Source of the DNA: Octopus sinensis
Taxonomy: Eukaryota
Direction of reading: 5' to 3'
Length of the DNA: 64,000 nucleotides
NCBI RefSeq assembly: GCF_006345805.1
Contig: NC_043005.1
Span: 75,020,001-75,084,000 of the forward strand
The stretch's first letter is position 1; each line of letters opens with the position of its first letter. Positions 62,801 through 64,000 of the stretch are shown in pieces. The notes under the pieces are model-generated. The model saw only the letters and a program-made list of their open reading frames with translations. It ran no database searches and was not told where the DNA came from. Made by a program: the position numbers and the translations under genes.

Positions 62801-63887
62801 CTTTGTTACCGTTTCTTTGAATCAAATGTCACTTTTGGAAACATTTTTTCATGATCAGAATTGCTGAAGCATGGAATAAATTACCTGCATCAGTTGTTTA
62901 CTGTCAGGACACTACGACATCATTAAAAGCTTCCATGCTTCCCAAAATTCACCAGCAGTACATCTAATGCCCCACTTCCATCTTTTTTTTAAAACAACTA
63001 ATTCACTGTTAATTCCCTGTGAATTATTTTATATACTGTTCACGCACTTTGCACTACTTTATTTAGTGAGCTGTAATGTACCTGAGCACTGTATACAATA
63101 AATTTATTATTATATTATGTATAATATATATAATATATTATATATAATAATAGGTGCAGGAGTGGCCATGTGGTAAGTAGCTTGCTTACCAAGCACATGG
63201 TTCCAGGTTCAGTCCCAGTGCGTGGCACCTTGGTCAAGTGTCTTCTACTATAGCCTCGGGCTGACCAAAGCCTTGTGAGTGGATTTGGTAGACAGAAACT
63301 GAAAGAAGCCCGTCGTATATATGTAATTATATATGTGTGTGTGTATGTTTGTGTGTCTGTGTTTGTCCCCCCAACATCACTTGACAACTGATGGTGGTGT
63401 GTTTACATCCCCATAACTTAGCAGTTCTGCAAAAGAGACCGATAGAATAAGTACTAGGCTTGCAAAGAATAAGTCCTGGGATTAATTTGCTCGACTAAAG
63501 GCAGTGCTCCAGCATGGCCACAGTCAAATGACTGAAACAAGTAAAAGAGTAAAAGAATATATAACTCTAGTGTGACTTTTTAACTTGTTCGCTTGTATTT
63601 TGCATAAACAACAATGATATTGAATTAAACTCTCAATAAAAGAACCCCCCAAAATCGCTTGTAACTATATTGAATCCAGTATATTTTGAATGCCATTTCC
63701 TCTATATATTACATATATTTCAGTACTTGTTATGGAGGAATCTTGGAATGTAGAAATAATACCTGCACTTGCCCTGAAGGACAGTTCCATTGCAGAAATA
63801 ATGAATGTATTGACTCTAAAAAGATGTGTGATAAACATAAAGACTGTAAAGATGGATCGGATGAGTCATTGGATATCTGCAATGAAG
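5576..63887 (+). CDS. Multi-exon gene (5' part): SCO-spondin/hemocytin-like secreted VWD-C8-TIL/LDLa protein; 27 coding exons in window, ~1430 aa, 3' end beyond window
   Basis: All 26 introns are GT-AG and the phases join into one stop-free frame (exon sum 4291 nt). Motifs: three TFDG...GLCG VWD domains, C8 and TIL cysteine patterns, and an LDLa DCxDGSDE motif. Confidence 0.93.
5974..6380 (+). mobile_element. Family-A SINE (tRNA head, internal (TA)n/(TG)n, AAGTAAAAGA tail)
   Basis: A-box TGGTAAG and B-box GGTTCAGTCCC; at least nine full-length copies in the window. Confidence 0.85.
6501..6738 (-). mobile_element. Family-A SINE 3' half, inverted relative to the 5974 copy
   Basis: Reverse complement of the family-A tail. 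Confidence 0.85.
6745..7570 (+). mobile_element. Penelope-like element 3' fragment (GIY-YIG endonuclease C-terminus plus terminal repeat)
   Basis: Reads [53 protein letters not shown], matching the PLE motif LSKxxWxLK...W.IL...CxxC; hammerhead ribozyme downstream. Confidence 0.78.
7294..7389 (+). ncRNA. Type I hammerhead ribozyme (Penelope-type, palindromic stem III)
   Basis: CTGATGA 7306-7312; stem II 7313-7322/7356-7365; GAAA 7366-7369; palindrome ACATATGT 7369-7376; GTC cleavage triplet 7375-7377; stem I 7294-7305/7378-7389. Confidence 0.78.
8698..9088 (+). mobile_element. Family-A SINE, full length
   Basis: Consensus head to tail. Confidence 0.88.
9098..9310. mobile_element. Tc1/mariner-type MITE (213 bp, TA-flanked)
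   Basis: TIR GGGTGCTGAAAAGTTCCTGGCTTT at both ends; TA dinucleotides outside. Confidence 0.82.
9403..9786 (-). mobile_element. Family-A SINE, full length
   Basis: Reverse complement of the consensus. Confidence 0.88.
10031..10260 (-). mobile_element. Family-B (RTE 3'-tail) element, diverged
   Basis: (CAT)n plus TTTCTACAGCTGGATGC core. Confidence 0.7.
10285..10385. repeat. Compound (TCTG)n/(AGAT)n microsatellite
   Basis: Direct reading. Confidence 0.95.
11867..13003 (-). mobile_element. R4/Dong-like RLE non-LTR retrotransposon 3' fragment 1
   Basis: [21 protein letters not shown], degenerate Zn-knuckle CR..E...[25 protein letters not shown]; ends in (AAT)n. Confidence 0.85.
13045..13260 (+). 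mobile_element. Family-C SINE after (TTA)n
   Basis: Consensus match. Confidence 0.78.
13273..13777 (-). mobile_element. R4/Dong-like RLE 3' fragment 2
   Basis: Minus strand reads AN*PDIVIKE...LIDVSVPTD...[15 protein letters not shown]...IVGTL. Confidence 0.85.
13778..13861. repeat. (TAT)n microsatellite
   Basis: Direct reading; separates RLE fragments 2 and 3. Confidence 0.95.
13862..14486 (-). mobile_element. R4/Dong-like RLE 3' fragment 3
   Basis: ORF 14211-14438 NRPDIILKD...LIDMTVP...KYKDLEI, then [11 protein letters not shown]; (TAA)n on both sides. Confidence 0.87.
14539..14755 (+). mobile_element. Family-C SINE after (TTA)n
   Basis: Consensus match. Confidence 0.78.
15060..15459 (+). 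mobile_element. Non-autonomous Helitron (400 bp)
   Basis: A|TC start, hairpin CCCGAGCAACGCCGGG 15432-15447, CTAG|T end. Confidence 0.82.
15480..16262. repeat. Apparently exact 392-bp tandem duplication containing a family-A 3' half
   Basis: Identical ORFs at 15530/15922 and 15610/16002 (offset 392); junctions lie in (TA)n. Confidence 0.95.
16440..16790. repeat. GA-rich low-complexity tract
   Basis: Direct reading; explains the spurious 130-aa ORF. Confidence 0.9.
16826..17365. mobile_element. Family-E TTAA MITE interrupted by a family-B element
   Basis: TTAATCCTTTAGTGTT...AATGCTAAAGAG-TTAA; insert at 16851-17168. Confidence 0.75.
16851..17168 (-). mobile_element. Family-B RTE-tail element with ~2 GC-rich subunits
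   Basis: (CAT)n-CGTTTAACGTCCG...CTGGATGCCCTTCCTAACGCC core. Confidence 0.85.
17386..17574 (+). CDS. Exon 2: EMI-like domain start ([21 protein letters not shown]...NKTCAFK)
   Basis: Acceptor ttttatttcag, donor gtaagt, 189 nt open, phase 2-2. Confidence 0.85.
18065..18448 (+). mobile_element. Non-autonomous Helitron (384 bp)
   Basis: A|TC start; 3' hairpin and CTAG|T end nearly identical to the 15060 copy. Confidence 0.82.
18805..18979. repeat. Foldback inverted repeat (~83-bp arms)
   Basis: TATTACATACATATAAG...CTTATATGTATGTAATA, short loop ~18888-18896. Confidence 0.9.
19401..19462 (+). CDS. Exon 3: EMI-like end ([20 protein letters not shown])
   Basis: Acceptor tcttcattag, donor gtcagt; 62 nt bridges phase 2 to 1; CC-x-G-Y-x-G-x2-C motif. 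Confidence 0.88.
19661..19903. repeat. AT-rich foldback inverted repeat (~115-bp arms, 8-nt loop)
   Basis: AAATAACC...ATCACTAAATTAAAT / ATTTAATTTAGTGAT...GGTTATTT. Confidence 0.9.
20474..20578 (+). CDS. Exon 4: EGF domain ([30 protein letters not shown])
   Basis: Six-Cys EGF pattern; tag acceptor, gtaag donor; phase 1-1. Confidence 0.93.
21016..21390 (-). mobile_element. Family-B RTE-tail element with ~3 subunits
   Basis: Core match plus ~62-bp repeats. Confidence 0.85.
22517..22842 (+). mobile_element. tRNA-headed SINE (head H2, tail T3)
   Basis: GGCGCATGGCTCAGTGGTTAG A-box, GAGTTCAAATCCC B-box; tail differs from T1 and T2. Confidence 0.75.
22963..23124 (+). CDS. Exon 5: TB/fibrillin-hybrid-like Cys module (YCYKNTDC...[13 protein letters not shown]...CSQC)
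   Basis: cag acceptor, gtgagt donor, phase 1-1; CC...GxSWG..C..C pattern. Confidence 0.88.
23995..24833 (-). mobile_element. Internally deleted, degenerate mariner transposon
   Basis: N-terminus [10 protein letters not shown]...WFQKF; C-terminus HQDNAQPH...[13 protein letters not shown]; one TIR-like end TTGGGTCATCCCATAAAC abutting TA. Confidence 0.88.
24961..25215 (+). mobile_element. RTE LINE internal fragment
   Basis: [34 protein letters not shown]. Confidence 0.82.
25874..26280 (+). mobile_element. Family-A SINE, full length
   Basis: Consensus match. Confidence 0.9.
26581..26768 (+). CDS. Exon 6: VWD1 start ([16 protein letters not shown])
   Basis: tag acceptor, gtaag donor; TFDG motif; phase 1-0. 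Confidence 0.94.
26846..27036. mobile_element. Family-E TTAA MITE, diverged
   Basis: TTAA...AATGCTAAATGG-TTAA ends; internal similarity to the 2981 copy. Confidence 0.7.
27510..28255 (+). mobile_element. RTE LINE 3' fragment running into the family-B tail and (GAT)n
   Basis: Same RT C-terminal peptide as 24961, continuing through TACACTC...GGCATCCAGCTGTAGAA to (GAT)n. Confidence 0.83.
28310..28735 (+). mobile_element. Family-A SINE, full length
   Basis: Consensus match. Confidence 0.9.
29082..29184 (+). CDS. Exon 7: VWD1 middle ([15 protein letters not shown]...)
   Basis: cag acceptor, gtaaat donor; phase 0-1; open frame. Confidence 0.88.
29407..29704 (-). mobile_element. tRNA-headed SINE (head H1-like, tail T2-like) with 17-bp TSD
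   Basis: CCACACTTTGCTTGCTT at 29390-29406 and 29705-29721. Confidence 0.88.
29752..30170 (-). mobile_element. Family-A SINE, full length
   Basis: Reverse complement of the consensus. Confidence 0.9.
30382..30546 (+). CDS. Exon 8: VWD1 end ([13 protein letters not shown])
   Basis: GLCGNFDG motif; tag acceptor, gtaagt donor; phase 1-1. Confidence 0.95.
30855..31292 (-). mobile_element. Two family-C SINEs in tandem
   Basis: Copies at ~30855-31062 and ~31085-31292, same orientation. Confidence 0.78.
32088..32173 (+). CDS. Exon 9: VWD1-C8 linker ([21 protein letters not shown])
   Basis: cag acceptor, gtaata donor; phase 1-0; completes the NDF motif. Confidence 0.9.
32361..33211. mobile_element. 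Foldback/MITE-like element with ~277-bp inverted arms and ~300-bp spacer
   Basis: TCAGCTTATTTGATTCAATAATAATTCC...GGAATTATTATTGAATCAAATAAGCTGA; arms pair inward to ~32637/32937. Confidence 0.85.
33743..34147 (+). mobile_element. Family-A SINE, full length
   Basis: Consensus match. Confidence 0.9.
34233..34328 (+). CDS. Exon 10: C8-1 first half (CVTEAFGPC...PFANCHEK)
   Basis: cag acceptor, gttaat donor; phase 0-0; PFxxCH motif. Confidence 0.9.
35237..35384 (+). CDS. Exon 11: C8-1 second half ([10 protein letters not shown]...[19 protein letters not shown])
   Basis: YAxEC...WR motif; tag acceptor, gtaagt donor; phase 0-1. Confidence 0.94.
35500..36045. repeat. Unclassified element with internal TTAGGG repeats
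   Basis: Homopolymer-rich block with CpGs; TTAGGG x4 plus variants at 35824-35860. Confidence 0.55.
37527..37770 (+). CDS. Exon 12: TIL domain ([18 protein letters not shown]...MECNT)
   Basis: TIL Cys pattern; cag acceptor, TG|gt donor; phase 1-2. Confidence 0.94.
38779..38920 (+). CDS. Exon 13: E module end and VWD2 start ([18 protein letters not shown])
   Basis: TFDG motif; tag acceptor, gtaagt donor; phase 2-0. Confidence 0.95.
39009..39317 (+). CDS. Exon 14: VWD2 middle
   Basis: 309 nt open after an 88-nt intron; phase 0-0; an alternative in-frame acceptor at 39015 is possible. Confidence 0.9.
40946..41380 (+). mobile_element. Family-A SINE, diverged
   Basis: Head, internal microsatellite and tail are recognisable. 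Confidence 0.8.
41599..41766 (+). CDS. Exon 15: VWD2 end ([16 protein letters not shown])
   Basis: GLCGNFN motif; tag acceptor, gtaagt donor; phase 0-0. Confidence 0.95.
42962..43193 (+). CDS. Exon 16: C8-2 ([32 protein letters not shown]...YLREC)
   Basis: C8 pattern; cag acceptor, gtaagt donor; phase 0-1. Confidence 0.94.
43990..44220. repeat. Inverted pair of a ~120-bp interspersed repeat (single copy at 14858-14976)
   Basis: TGTCTGGGGAGAGTC...GACTGTCCCCAGACA, loop TAGTC at 44104-44108. Confidence 0.88.
44887..45136 (+). CDS. Exon 17: TIL ([19 protein letters not shown]...CIPGCVC)
   Basis: TIL pattern; cag acceptor, gtaagt donor; phase 1-2. Confidence 0.94.
46560..46878 (+). mobile_element. 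Family-B RTE-tail element with ~3 subunits
   Basis: Core match; ends GCGGACGTTAAA(TGA)n. Confidence 0.85.
47003..47195 (+). CDS. Exon 18: E module and second TIL (TIL'-like) ([10 protein letters not shown]...CPKNQIY...GCAC)
   Basis: Cys pattern; aag acceptor after a T-tract, gtgagt donor; phase 2-0. Confidence 0.92.
47628..48009 (+). mobile_element. tRNA-headed SINE (head H1, tail T1) with 14-bp TSD
   Basis: ATATGAAGAAGAGT at 47614-47627 and 48010-48023. Confidence 0.9.
48024..48573 (+). mobile_element. tRNA-headed SINE (head H2, tail T1) interrupted by a family-C SINE
   Basis: Tail T1 is split at 48188-48420. Confidence 0.8.
48188..48420 (-). mobile_element. Family-C SINE (alternative 3' end) nested in T1
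   Basis: ATTCT is repeated at 48184-48188 and 48423-48427. Confidence 0.82.
48806..48897 (+). CDS. Exon 19: TIL end/E module ([13 protein letters not shown]...IGCKK)
   Basis: CVxPxxCPC motif; tag acceptor, gtatgt donor; phase 0-2. Confidence 0.92.
49494..49707. repeat. Near-perfect foldback (97-bp arms, 20-nt loop)
   Basis: Arms 49494-49590 and 49611-49707, with ~2 mismatches by eye. Confidence 0.95.
49884..49933 (+). CDS. Exon 20: 50-nt exon ([16 protein letters not shown])
   Basis: cag acceptor, gtatat donor; supplies the required phase 2 to 1 bridge. Confidence 0.87.
50568..50909 (+). CDS. Exon 21: VWD3 start ([16 protein letters not shown]...VLWDF)
   Basis: [10 protein letters not shown] motif; long T-tract cag acceptor, gtatgt donor; phase 1-1. 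Confidence 0.96.
53128..53668. repeat. Inverted plus direct local triplication
   Basis: Copy from 53128 is the reverse complement of the copy ending 53632; middle and right copies are direct with a 229-bp period. Confidence 0.9.
53993..54201 (+). CDS. Exon 22: VWD3 end ([24 protein letters not shown]...FAHSWK)
   Basis: GLCGDYD motif; tag acceptor, gtttgt donor; phase 1-0. Confidence 0.96.
54296..54550 (+). mobile_element. tRNA-headed SINE (head H2, tail T2)
   Basis: GGCACGTGGCTTAGTGG head; ATGGACTGGTGTTCCGTCCAGCTGGGG tail. Confidence 0.82.
54551..54862 (+). mobile_element. tRNA-headed SINE (head H1, tail T2)
   Basis: Head matches 47628; tail matches 54296. Confidence 0.85.
55057..56876 (+). 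repeat. Family-B RTE-tail element with a higher-order tandem array
   Basis: GATCGTGGCC anchors at 55071, 55413, 55835, 56189, 56522 (periods 342, 422, 354, 333); then 62-63-bp subunits, the conserved tail and (GAT)n. Confidence 0.92.
58073..58212 (+). CDS. Exon 23: C8-3 first half ([18 protein letters not shown]...[10 protein letters not shown])
   Basis: C8 pattern; tag acceptor, gtaagt donor; phase 0-2. Confidence 0.95.
59302..59528. mobile_element. Family-E TTAA MITE (opposite orientation to the 2981 copy)
   Basis: TTAA-TCCTTTAGCATTCAGATTACTCTG...AAAAGG-TTAA. Confidence 0.78.
59549..59658 (+). CDS. Exon 24: C8-3 second half ([21 protein letters not shown]...WRTQSLC)
   Basis: CLCTAIA/WR motifs; cag acceptor, gtaagt donor; phase 2-1. 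Confidence 0.95.
60544..60699 (+). CDS. Exon 25: TIL-3 ([15 protein letters not shown]...PCVEGCFCP)
   Basis: CVEGCFCP motif; cag acceptor, gtaaag donor; phase 1-1. Confidence 0.95.
60790..61242 (+). mobile_element. Family-B RTE-tail element with ~4 subunits
   Basis: Core match and (GAT)n tail. Confidence 0.85.
61825..61921 (+). CDS. Exon 26: TIL-3 end/E module ([11 protein letters not shown]...LCTV)
   Basis: CIPxxECPC motif; tag acceptor, gtaagt donor; phase 1-2. Confidence 0.94.
62220..62424 (-). mobile_element. Family-C SINE
   Basis: Consensus match. Confidence 0.8.
62517..62766 (-). other. Candidate antisense terminal coding exon of unknown protein (82 aa to stop)
   Basis: Minus-strand acceptor TTTTGCCTTTTAG then [32 protein letters not shown]...KQLLDL*; non-repetitive; not recognised. 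Confidence 0.35.
62825..63115 (+). mobile_element. CR1/L2-like LINE 3' end
   Basis: [19 protein letters not shown] motif (FF..R....WN.LP); 3'UTR ending AATAAATTTATTATT. Confidence 0.72.
63153..63558 (+). mobile_element. Family-A SINE, full length
   Basis: Consensus match. Confidence 0.9.
63724..63887 (+). CDS. Exon 27: E module end and first LDL-receptor class A repeat ([14 protein letters not shown]...[13 protein letters not shown])
   Basis: Canonical LDLa DCxDGSDE; cag acceptor, gttagt donor; phase 2-1. Confidence 0.95.
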
Positions 63888-64000
63888 GTTAGTCATCAGT
63901 TTGGATTTGAGAGTGAAAGCATCTTATTGTTCTTAGATATTTGGGTGCAGGCATGGTTGTGTGGTTAAGAGACCTGCTTCCCAACCAAGGAACATTGGGT

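Overview
AT-rich, microsatellite- and retroposon-dense animal genomic DNA; the repeat families look like those of Octopus (inference from recalled repeat families, not a search). One large + strand gene dominates. I rebuilt by hand 27 phase-consistent GT-AG coding exons (5576-63887, 4291 nt, ~1430 aa, continuing past the window). They encode a secreted Cys-rich protein: signal peptide, EMI-like, EGF, TB-like, three VWD-C8-TIL assemblies, then an LDLa module, i.e. a SCO-spondin/hemocytin-like architecture. The introns hold at least four tRNA-headed SINE types, RTE, R4/Dong-like, CR1-like and Penelope-like retroelement fragments, a deleted mariner, TA- and TTAA-type MITEs, non-autonomous Helitrons and many foldbacks. 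Highlights: a complete Penelope-type hammerhead ribozyme fold in intron 1, three RLE-retrotransposon fragments bounded by (TAA)n, a 1.8-kb higher-order VNTR inside an RTE-type tail, SINE head/tail module swapping, two insertions at the same site of a host SINE, and a candidate antisense exon. Most ORF-track entries are spurious (microsatellites, SINEs). No rRNA, true tRNA or CRISPR array is supported. Repeat boundaries are approximate (about +/-10 nt) unless a TSD or terminus is quoted.
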